The notes under the pieces: model-generated
Database searches by the model: none
What the model was told of the DNA's origin: nothing
Seen by the model: only the letters and a program-made list of their open reading frames with translations
Part shown: piece after piece, positions 25,584 to 35,850 of the stretch
How the letters are laid out: every line of letters begins with the position of its first letter
How positions within the stretch are numbered: the stretch's first letter is position 1
Translations under genes and position numbers: made by a program
Assembly (NCBI GenBank): GCA_040437565.1
Contig: JBDOQK010000073.1
Span: 62,001-126,000 of the forward strand
From: Albugo candida
Lineage: Eukaryota
Direction: 5' to 3'
DNA length: 64,000 nt

Positions 25584-26870
25584 ATGAACTCGATACGATT
25601 GACTACGAACGACACAAACGATCGAGTGTTACTAGATACATTTTGGATCACCCATATACTTGATTTGATAGTAAGAGGGGATACTATTAAGCTTCATTAT
25701 GTACTCGAACTGGTTGGAAGTGACCTAGATGTTACCAAAATATCGACAGAATGCGGTTTATTTGGACTCTACATTGCAGCATCACAAGGACACAATCAAA
25801 TTATGCAATTGCTACTAGATTACGGTGCTGATGTGAATCAGAGAACAATAGATGGATACACTGCTTTGCATGCCACTTCCCAGCGTGACCATTATAAATC
25901 CTTAAGGGTACTTTTGGACAGCCACGCAAATGTGAATGCTGCTGGACCAAATAATGCTCATGCAATCCACTTTGCCACACAAAACGGAAACCATGAACTC
26001 GTCGAGCTACTCATTCAGTATGGTGCCGATTTGAATGTGAAGATAGAAGACACCGGACTCACCCCTTTGATGATTGCCTCGCAGCTTGGATTGGTCAAAA
26101 TAGTAACAATACTTGTGCTTTCTGGAGTAGATCTTGATGCAGAAGATGCCGTTGGAAACACAGCTTTGCACTTTGCCGCGCGAGAAGGGAATCACAATAT
26201 CGCATATATATTGTTAGCCGCTGGAGCGGACTCTTACATCACAAATATGGAAGATGATAACCCAATTGACTTGGCAATTTATCATGGGCATACGAATGTT
26301 GTTTGCATCTTGGAGGAGATTTTCGAGCCGATGTCGAATGATAAGAACTTACCAAGTACGAAAACGTATTATCGCAATCAGATAATAGCAAAGAATCGTC
26401 GTAAATATGCCAGATTTCATGCGCTGGATAGTATTCTTGAAGAAAACCCGANNNNNNNNNNNNNNNNNNNNNNNNNNNNNNNNNNNNNNNNNNNNNNNNN
26501 NNNNNNNNNNNNNNNNNNNNNNNNNNNNNNNNNNNNNNNNNNNNNNNNNNNGCACTTTGCCGCGCGAGAAGGGAATCACAATATCGCATATATATTGTTA
26601 GCCGCTGGAGCGGACTCTTACATCACAAATATGGAAGATGATAACCCAATTGACTTGGCAATTTATCATGGGCATACGAATGTTGTTTGCATCTTGGAGG
26701 AGATTTTCGAGCCGATGTCGAATGATAAGAACTTACCAAGTACGAAAACGTATTATCGCAATCAGATAATAGCAAAGAATCGTCGTAAATATGCCAGATT
26801 TCATGCGCTGGATAGTATTCTTGAAGAAAACCCGAGCTTTCGAGATCGAGCACTTGTCGAGATTTTCTGA
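25584..26870 (+). CDS. Ankyrin repeat protein (about 300 aa once the gap overlap is collapsed)
   Basis: About 6 ankyrin repeats (GYTALH, GLTPLM, GNTALHFAA). 26552-26835 duplicates 26168-26451 across the gap. Confidence 0.9.
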   Translation: MNSIRLTTNDTNDRVLLDTFWITHILDLIVRGDTIKLHYVLELVGSDLDVTKISTECGLFGLYIAASQGHNQIMQLLLDYGADVNQRTIDGYTALHATSQRDHYKSLRVLLDSHANVNAAGPNNAHAIHFATQNGNHELVELLIQYGADLNVKIEDTGLTPLMIASQLGLVKIVTILVLSGVDLDAEDAVGNTALHFAAREGNHNIAYILLAAGADSYITNMEDDNPIDLAIYHGHTNVVCILEEIFEPMSNDKNLPSTKTYYRNQIIAKNRRKYARFHALDSILEENPXXXXXXXXXXXXXXXXXXXXXXXXXXXXXXXXXXHFAAREGNHNIAYILLAAGADSYITNMEDDNPIDLAIYHGHTNVVCILEEIFEPMSNDKNLPSTKTYYRNQIIAKNRRKYARFHALDSILEENPSFRDRALVEIF

Positions 26871-26983
26871 GTCTGAGATTCGATGTAGTGGCGACTGTAA
26901 AAGCTGATTCTATAAAACTGTACGAGTGATTACATTATTAGAGGCAATACTCGCAATACATTATATCGTGTCGCTCGACCACA

Positions 26984-29729
26984 ATGAGCGATCCGTTTTA
27001 TTTGGCCGATATTTTGTTAGGACGTGTCGGTGTCTTACGCTCAACTACTGAGAGTCTTTTGCTGGAACTATGTAAACCACCGTCTTCCTTGGATAACTGT
27101 ATTCCTTCGACCAAAGAATGTGGCGCACCAGCATCCAATGAGACCGCCAGTACCGCGTCAATATCCGATGGAGAAACGGTTCGTGCTTCCATCAAAAACA
27201 AATTGGAGCGAATACAAACAAATCTTAAGTTACTGAAAAGACTTGGACCTGAATTTGGTGAGTTTTCACTCATTTCAGCTGCCAATATATAAAATGACTT
27301 CCAATTTGAATGAGCAGTGGCGCTGGAAAAAAAGCTTAAAGGCACCGAGGAGGTCACGCCGGCTCATCGGTACGTAATACCGCTGTTAGAGTATGTGTCG
27401 GCTGTACCCAACAGATGAAAAACGATAGTAATCTCTCATTGGAATACCATTGGAAACACCACGTGCAGGAAATGGGCGAAAAAGCGCACAATGTTTTTCT
27501 CGAGTTTCTCAGTAAAGCTTTTCCTCGCTTGGAAATGCTGGGTGATGAGCGCTGCCCTCCACCTCTAATTCCTTATTTTATTCCGAAGTCGCACAAACGA
27601 TTGCGCCTGGTCGATTTTGGAGGTCGCAAAATACCCGCGTACGTATCAAGCTCCACATACAAGTTTAATTGTGACACTTTGTCGTAGCACGCTGCCAGAA
27701 ATGATGGATTTCATGATGTCGAAAAACTCAAAGTTGGTTTTTTACAAGCAAATTGAAACAACTCGAGGCGGTCGTCGTGTCATTCGATCCATTCGATGCG
27801 ATATCAATAACGAATTTGCAGTGTGGATTTCATTCTGCCCATTGATTCCTGAAGAAGGACCAAATGGAGAGATCGGCGTAAACGCGAGCCCGATGACACC
27901 TTCCACACCGACATCTCCTGCTACACTTGGAGGACGAAATGTGCGACACAAAGCAAAGCAACGTCAACAAAAACAGCTCATTTTGAAAAAGCGAAAGAAT
28001 GATATGCTTGCACGTGCGAAATTAGCAGCAGAAGAAGCAACCAAAATTGAAGTGGAAGAGCTTAAAATACGTATTACACAAGCTCGAGAAGAANNNNNNN
28101 NNNNNNNNNNNNNNNNNNNNNNNNNNNNNNNNNNNNNNNNNNNNNNNNNNNNNNNNNNNNNNNNNNNNNNNNNNNNNNNNNNNNNNNNNNNNNCGTTTTA
28201 TTTGGCCGATATTTTGTTAGGACGTGTCGGTGTCTTACGCTCAACTACTGAGAGTCTTTTGCTGGAACTATGTAAACCACCGTCTTCCTTGGATAACTGT
28301 ATTCCTTCGACCAAAGAATGTGGCGCACCAGCATCCAATGAGACCGCCAGTACCGCGTCAATATCCGATGGAGAAACGGTTCGTGCTTCCATCAAAAACA
28401 AATTGGAGCGAATACAAACAAATCTTAAGTTACTGAAAAGACTTGGACCTGAATTTGGTGAGTTTTCACTCATTTCAGCTGCCAATATATAAAATGACTT
28501 CCAATTTGAATGAGCAGTGGCGCTGGAAAAAAAGCTTAAAGGCACCGAGGAGGTCACGCCGGCTCATCGGTACGTAATACCGCTGTTAGAGTATGTGTCG
28601 GCTGTACCCAACAGATGAAAAACGATAGTAATCTCTCATTGGAATACCATTGGAAACACCACGTGCAGGAAATGGGCGAAAAAGCGCACAATGTTTTTCT
28701 CGAGTTTCTCAGTAAAGCTTTTCCTCGCTTGGAAATGCTGGGTGATGAGCGCTGCCCTCCACCTCTAATTCCTTATTTTATTCCGAAGTCGCACAAACGA
28801 TTGCGCCTGGTCGATTTTGGAGGTCGCAAAATACCCGCGTACGTATCAAGCTCCACATACAAGTTTAATTGTGACACTTTGTCGTAGCACGCTGCCAGAA
28901 ATGATGGATTTCATGATGTCGAAAAACTCAAAGTTGGTTTTTTACAAGCAAATTGAAACAACTCGAGGCGGTCGTCGTGTCATTCGATCCATTCGATGCG
29001 ATATCAATAACGAATTTGCAGTGTGGATTTCATTCTGCCCATTGATTCCTGAAGAAGGACCAAATGGAGAGATCGGCGTAAACGCGAGCCCGATGACACC
29101 TTCCACACCGACATCTCCTGCTACACTTGGAGGACGAAATGTGCGACACAAAGCAAAGCAACGTCAACAAAAACAGCTCATTTTGAAAAAGCGAAAGAAT
29201 GATATGCTTGCACGTGCGAAATTAGCAGCAGAAGAAGCAACCAAAATTGAAGTGGAAGAGCTTAAAATACGTATTACACAAGCTCGAGAAGAAAATAGAG
29301 AACTTCAATTATCTAATGCGGCTAGCATACAAGTAACAAGCTACATCCAACGGCTCTCCGTCTTCCCTTTGCACGAGAAAGTCGATCCGTGTATGGGCGC
29401 CTGGGCCGAATCCCGGCACCAATTGTTTCAATTGATCACGTTGCATGCGCGCAAGGCATTACGACATTTCAAAGCGTATCATCCGAAAACGTGTTTCTAT
29501 CATCTTTTTGTACGTGTTTGCCAGCAGGAACGAAAGGACTTATCGCTCACTTTGCTATTGATAGACATGGTTTGGATATTATGAGAAATTGTATCAGACG
29601 CCTTGCACTATTTGTAAGCGAGTTTTGATCAAGGAAAATGAAGAATGGGCATACATGCCGCCATCCTTCAGGGATTATGGATCAGGTATCGCATACCATA
29701 CCAAGTGCCTAGCCACTACTCAGGCCTAA
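26984..29729 (+). CDS. MED27: Mediator complex subunit 27 (multi-exon; 28194-29293 is an artefactual duplicate of 26994-28093)
   Basis: Splicing out intron 29510-29564 gives WFGYYEKLYQTPCTICKRVL...MPPSFRDYGSGIAYHTKC*, matching the Med27 C-terminal zinc motif (W..Y.KLF..PC..C...LPP..RD......H..C). Upstream WAESRHQLFQLITLHA also fits. Confidence 0.8.
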
Positions 29730-30710
29730 TAATCGCTGGTGAGCTGTTATGAGAGCCGAATTGGTAAGGGTTTCCCAAAGCTAACTTCTGGTCGTAAGGA
29801 TATGCTACCAGACGTTTGTACTTGAGCGTATTTGTCTCGAAGAGCCAAGTTGGCCCAGTTGGATGGTGTGATGGCGCATTTATCTGCCAAAGGGACCGGG
29901 TCCGCCAGATCCATTGCCTCATATGATTCTAGAAGAAATGCTTTTGCAGGATCAATAGATTGTGNNNNNNNNNNNNNNNNNNNNNNNNNNNNNNNNNNNN
30001 NNNNNNNNNNNNNNNNNNNNNNNNNNNNNNNNNNNNNNNNNNNNNNNNNNNNNNNNNNNNNNNNTAAAAAGTTAAAACGTACTCGCTGCAGGTGAAATCG
30101 GTGTATCGTTGCTGATTGGAAGATTCAACGATCGCGTGAACAATGAGAACCACGTTATTCGAGGTCCCGCTTCCGATCGCTTACGCACCCATGCATCTGC
30201 TTTTTTCTCAAATGCTGCATTTCGTTCCAATTGAGCCGGTATGACAATGATTTCACGGTCATTGCAGGTCAGAATACGCGTTGAATATAACGATTTGCAC
30301 AGTCCGTCGTTCGTTTCTTCCATGACTGATTTTTGGCCGATTTGATTCACAACGATACATCCGCAGTGATCGAATCGCTGGTCCTTACGTATTTGACGGA
30401 GTAGAAACGCTTTCAGTGCTGGGAATGGTTGCATCGAAATGAGATTCTGAGAGAATAAAATAAGATCGCCAGTCTGAAGCGTGTCCATAATCATATCGTC
30501 CATGGATCCAGTGACGAAATGGAACTCTGATGTATAGTTGGATTCCACCGCACTCTGTCGATTCACGATGTCTGTGTTGTAAGAGGAGATTGCGTACGCT
30601 TTTTCTATGCGATCACGTTGTATCCGAGAAGCGTTGAGGCTCCATACTGCCGGTATGATCGCAGGAAGCGCTACTAAAGTTTTCCCAGCGAACGAGAACT
30701 TTTGACGCAT
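29716..30710 (-). CDS. Hypothetical protein, permuted papain-like (NlpC/P60, YiiX/YaeF-type) fold possible; 3' part interrupted by a gap
   Basis: LQTGDLILFS...FDHCGCIVV matches the N-terminal GD and His signature of this fold. Continuation across gap 29965-30064 into ORF 29716-29922 is inferred. Confidence 0.5.
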
Positions 30711-30769
30711 ACTCGATTCCTAATTAAAAGTAATGCAAGGATTTTGTGATATATTAGTGTACGCATACA

Positions 30770-32770
30770 TCAATCAACCCACGATGTCATCAGTTTAGCT
30801 ACTTGTCCCGCTTCTTGTTCAGCTGAGAGTGCGGATAGCTGGTAGCAAACTTGGAGGAAATGAAGCTTCAAGTGGATTTGACCCTTACGCTTCAATAAAA
30901 TTCCCAAATCTCTTTCGATTTCGATCGGATCTTCCAAACTCAGCGCTTCCTCTCTCCATCTAGCGCCCGAACGGTTCCAGCTCTTCGCTTTCTTTGACAA
31001 TATTGATGAGAATCGCAAGGAAACCACCCAATCATTCCAATTGAATTCAAAGCAATAATAATGGAAGAATTCCATCAACAGAATCAGAGTTTCTTTCCGG
31101 CTGTTATTGTTTCTCCAACGAAATGCGTTGTGCGCTCCAGCTTGTATGTCAATATTCTCGTGAATAGATTCAAAATCGACACTGAGTGGATTTGAAGCAA
31201 ATGCAGTTTCCTGCTGCTGATATTGCTCATGCAAATCGATCTTGGGTACACTTCCTGGATACTTTTGTTGGAAGAAGAACAGTATGAGTAATTGTAAGCC
31301 GTACGAGCTCAGCTCTGAGATGAATGCGTTCTTTCTCCGTTTGAGTTGCTTCATCCAGCAGCGAACCCATAATGAAACTATGTAAACGTAATTTTCGGCA
31401 ATAAGTGAATGCTCTTCTCCTTGACCGATCCAATAAGATATGAGTTTTGTGTTCCATAATGCTGCGATGTTATTGATACAGATATCAATCTGTTGGTTCC
31501 GATCGTCGTACTCAATGCAAAGACGAGCTATTGGAATTCGAGCATTTGTAATGACAGAAAACCTGACTGATTTCGACTTAGAAAAGAGGCTCTGTGTCGA
31601 TACAATCGACTCCAAGTGATCCTTGAGCTTGTGCACAAGGCTTGCTGAGGCTTTGCGAAATACGGTCGATTGGGACGATAGAATCACAACCAAATCCAGG
31701 TCGGTTGTCTCGCTTTCTATTATTAATTTGGTTGCAGCTGAGCCAAAAAGATAAACCGATGCATCAGACCACAATAGCTGAATGCTTCGCTCGACCTCCC
31801 GTCGAATTTTTTCGTTTTGTATCTCATTTTGACATGCGCCTTGCAGGATTCTCTCACTAGCGTCATTGAAAGAGGTCTCCACGGTCTGGTCCTCACGTAC
31901 AGCTTGCATTTTTTGACTCATCTGACTTTGTATGCCGCTTTTTCTGTATCCATTGAGCAGAACTGGGAATTTCGATAGCTCTGTGGGCTGGAGATAGTAT
32001 GCAAAAGAGCATCGTTGCAGCTCGACGCTCGCGTTCCAAAGGAGACGACACGCAGTTTCCATCTCGGGGACCTTCTCCTTACGTTTCCTAGCGCCATCTT
32101 CATTGCCATATAAATGATATAACCAGTACCGTATGATTCTTTGAAAGCACAATTCAGGAGTCAGGAGCTCGTGTATATTATATTCAAGTATAAATTTCGC
32201 AATACAAAGCGGCTTCACAATTAATAATGCATCATCCGACCCATGTTCGTTATCTGATTCGGATAGTACAGGTGATAACGCGACTTTTAGAAATTCATCG
32301 CCTGTTAGATGCAATCGTTTGGCGTAATGTGCGGCCGCTTTCGGGTTTCTATTTTTTACACCTTTCTCCTTCAATAAAATTTCTCGGATCATTACTATTT
32401 TTGCAGTCGAATCGTTCAAGCGCTTTGTAATTGTTTGCGCGATATCCCACGCATTACTCGTTTCCAAAGACGCAGTCTGAAGAAAATGCTTGAATGAATC
32501 GATGGTTCTTATATCATCAGGCGATAATTCGTTCCCATCTTTATCTCGCACAATGGATGAGGAACATGCAAGCGCTTTTCGTTCAGACTTTGTTTTTCGT
32601 CTTCCTTTGGAATGTGTTCGCTTTCGTTTAGAGCTGCTTCCTAATGCCATTTGTGTGGTATCCACCATTGGCAATTCTATGTGGTACACGTCGACTTCTG
32701 CTTGAAGTCCCGCAGTTCGAAGTTGGGCGCTTGGTTTTATCAGATGCGAATTGAAACGATATGCATTCAT
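30770..32770 (-). CDS. Non-canonical poly(A) polymerase / terminal uridylyltransferase (Cid1/Trf4/GLD-2-like)
   Basis: Pol-beta NTase motif LFGS...TDLDLVV, ARIPI, IDICINN, NTKLI, LSSYGLQLL and PAP-associated FFHYY..EFNW, LEDPIE. The first ATG is at 32770; the real start could be further downstream. Confidence 0.88.
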   Translation of the reverse strand: MNAYRFNSHLIKPSAQLRTAGLQAEVDVYHIELPMVDTTQMALGSSSKRKRTHSKGRRKTKSERKALACSSSIVRDKDGNELSPDDIRTIDSFKHFLQTASLETSNAWDIAQTITKRLNDSTAKIVMIREILLKEKGVKNRNPKAAAHYAKRLHLTGDEFLKVALSPVLSESDNEHGSDDALLIVKPLCIAKFILEYNIHELLTPELCFQRIIRYWLYHLYGNEDGARKRKEKVPEMETACRLLWNASVELQRCSFAYYLQPTELSKFPVLLNGYRKSGIQSQMSQKMQAVREDQTVETSFNDASERILQGACQNEIQNEKIRREVERSIQLLWSDASVYLFGSAATKLIIESETTDLDLVVILSSQSTVFRKASASLVHKLKDHLESIVSTQSLFSKSKSVRFSVITNARIPIARLCIEYDDRNQQIDICINNIAALWNTKLISYWIGQGEEHSLIAENYVYIVSLWVRCWMKQLKRRKNAFISELSSYGLQLLILFFFQQKYPGSVPKIDLHEQYQQQETAFASNPLSVDFESIHENIDIQAGAHNAFRWRNNNSRKETLILLMEFFHYYCFEFNWNDWVVSLRFSSILSKKAKSWNRSGARWREEALSLEDPIEIERDLGILLKRKGQIHLKLHFLQVCYQLSALSAEQEAGQVAKLMTSWVD

Positions 32771-35433
32771 TCCGTCAGGGTGCGGGATTGACAATCAGCT
32801 TCTTCGTCTCGGTAAATCGATTCATCTCCCATCAAATGCTGCGCAACGAATAAACTCGCATCGCGATTTGTCCAATAAATGACATGCGCTGTTAATGCGA
32901 ATAGATACTCATTGGTGATTTCGATTTCATTTTCCTGCAACGTGTAATCGATAGGAAGACCATCTGAGAGGCGTCCATATACGCTGATTGGCGATTTCTT
33001 CCGACAAGAATCTGACTTTACTGCGTTGTCTGCGACATTATCGAATAGACCACCACCGTTACCTACACTATATGCATTATTACACGTTTCCGAACCGGAA
33101 TGCGTTCGAGACTGAAATTCGCCCAATTCATTCTGTTCCACAAGACCGACATTCTGCACAATGTCTTCGACCTGAGCCTCAAAAGTTCGTTTCCACTGTC
33201 GTAATTTCTGATAAATTTTCCGCAGTGTTTTCCGAATTTGATACTGAAACCGGAGTTTACCTTCAAACGTATGAATGATGGTCGCTTTGGATTGAGCTTG
33301 AGATGACGTAATGATCGGTTCTAGACGATACGCCACCGGATCGTATGGATGGAAAATATTAAATACGCGACGACAAGTTGGAAGCTGAAAGTCCAAACCG
33401 AGCCGGAGACCACGGACGTTCAGGAAAAGACCGATAGGAGATCCAAGGCAGAACAAATGGTCCACTTTGAATAAGAGTTGCACAACAGGAGTGTTTGTAG
33501 TGGTAATTGAAGCTTTGGATGGTGCTAATTTGCAAGAAGGAACGGATCGCGTGCGTATGAGGCGGTTGGCAATGGCTGACTGGAATCGATCTAGCTGGAA
33601 TGGAGCAAAGCTCTCATTCCGACCGATTGGCTTGGCTGAAGTACGTGCTTCAATATCGACCGGCTGTGGATTTTGATAAGATAACAGATCAAATGAGATC
33701 ACAGCGCCAAGAGAATGTGCATAAATTGAGACTTTTCTTGTCCGACAGGGTGCATCCAGTTTTCTACGATTTCTTGCTTGGAATAACTGATAAACCCGAT
33801 TCATTTCATTGGCCACATGTTCTAATATCGTCTGATGGAAAACTGGAGACATGAAGAAAAGAACGTCTAAAATGGTATCATTCGCCAGCTCTCTCAAGCG
33901 TGGAATGGCTGGTAGCGTGACATCACGTATACTCTGGTCGAGCTGATCAATATGCAATTTAGAGTGCCACTCGATTGGAAGAAATTCCACATGTGTTTGC
34001 GTCTTATTCGAATCAAAATGAGTAGACCGTAACGCTTCTCGATGGAGAAAACGTAAGCTCGTGGCACAATCGACAATACTGCGCAAAGTGACAACGTTCA
34101 TCAGATCAATTGTCTTAAGAGCATCACCGATACCATGAATGATGAATACGAGATGGTCAACCTCGTGCTCAATATCAGCATCATCCTCATGGATCTGTCG
34201 TACATCCATCGACATAGCAGATCGCCATTTACGTAGCAGCACTGGGTCCATCTTAGTTCGTGGATCACCTCGATAAACACGCCGCTTGCTCGTGAATGGT
34301 GTCGTTCCCGCTAGCCGACGCTTATACTGAAAAATGTCATTCGGAGTTTTGAATTCCACCAAATGATTTTCAATTGGAACCTTCAGGTGACATTGTGTAT
34401 TTTTTATTGCCCTCCTTCCCTCATGTCGTGTTTTGATTTTTTCTTGTTCGTAGTTGGTGAGATAGAATAGAAACGCATTTTCCAGTGTGTTCGAAGCAGT
34501 TTTGTAGTAAGGAGCAATGCCGGCACTTCTTCTTGTGTACATCCAAAATGCTCGATGGACAGTAATCTTTTCAAGTGAATCCCAGTAGACAGATCTCATC
34601 GTCATTGTATCAAGACAGACTTCGAATCGACCTTCATCAACGGCGACGTACCGGGAAGGCGAAGGAAGGACCCCGAGCATATCATGTTGATGGAATTGAC
34701 GATAATGGCGTTCCAGTCTGCGATTTTCGTGAGGCATGAACTCGATCCAGTCAATGCATTCGGTCTGCAGCTCAATACTGGTTCCGTTCATTGGTAATTT
34801 GCAGTAAAACCAGCATGGAATATCATCAGCGTTGGGCTTCAACGGGCAATCTTTTGCTTCAAGCACGACGTCTGCTAAATGTACATGGGATTGCAATAAA
34901 TCCATATATAATGTCTCATTTTGTAATTTGATAGAAAGTAGAAACTCATATAACTTATATGGTGAGTGCTGCAAGTGCTGACATCTTTTATAAATGCTTT
35001 TCAGCACTTCATGGCGTCGATCTTCTGATAAGGATGCATACGGCCCTCTTCCTAGAATGTTCCATTGTACCATACTCCAGTGATGATCCAGTACTTGGGT
35101 CGCCGAGTAGAAATACTCCAAAATCGCTCGTATTTGCGTGGTACTCATATCCAACAGGACATCGGTCCTACTTTCAATTTCTTCGCGTGATGGGAAAACA
35201 CATAAAGTAGGACCAATCACAGCAAAGTGTAGAATCCCTTCCATGGCTCCAAGCGGTGGCCCAATCAGCTTTTTTAAGATCCAATGACGCAGCAACTGGT
35301 TTTTGGCAACAAAATATATTTCGGGTAATTCGTCACTTGCTATGAATTGTGCAACTCCTTCGATAGTATTGAGCAGAGGAAGTGCCACATGCGTGCGAAG
35401 TGGTGATATTGCCGTTGGTATCGGCGCAGTTTC
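32450..35433. repeat. Gap-flank duplicate of 35534-38517 (assembly overlap; produces a second DDHD copy at 32767-35433)
   Basis: Apparently identical, offset 3084, adjacent to gap 35434-35533. Confidence 0.9.
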
Positions 35434-35850
35434 NNNNNNNNNNNNNNNNNNNNNNNNNNNNNNNNNNNNNNNNNNNNNNNNNNNNNNNNNNNNNNNNNNN
35501 NNNNNNNNNNNNNNNNNNNNNNNNNNNNNNNNNCGCATTACTCGTTTCCAAAGACGCAGTCTGAAGAAAATGCTTGAATGAATCGATGGTTCTTATATCA
35601 TCAGGCGATAATTCGTTCCCATCTTTATCTCGCACAATGGATGAGGAACATGCAAGCGCTTTTCGTTCAGACTTTGTTTTTCGTCTTCCTTTGGAATGTG
35701 TTCGCTTTCGTTTAGAGCTGCTTCCTAATGCCATTTGTGTGGTATCCACCATTGGCAATTCTATGTGGTACACGTCGACTTCTGCTTGAAGTCCCGCAGT
35801 TCGAAGTTGGGCGCTTGGTTTTATCAGATGCGAATTGAAACGATATGCAT

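Noticed and set aside
27617-28492. ORFs reading through N runs (also 14276-14788, 32767-35538 and 52972-53700)
   Set aside because: These are chimeric translations across gaps, not real proteins.
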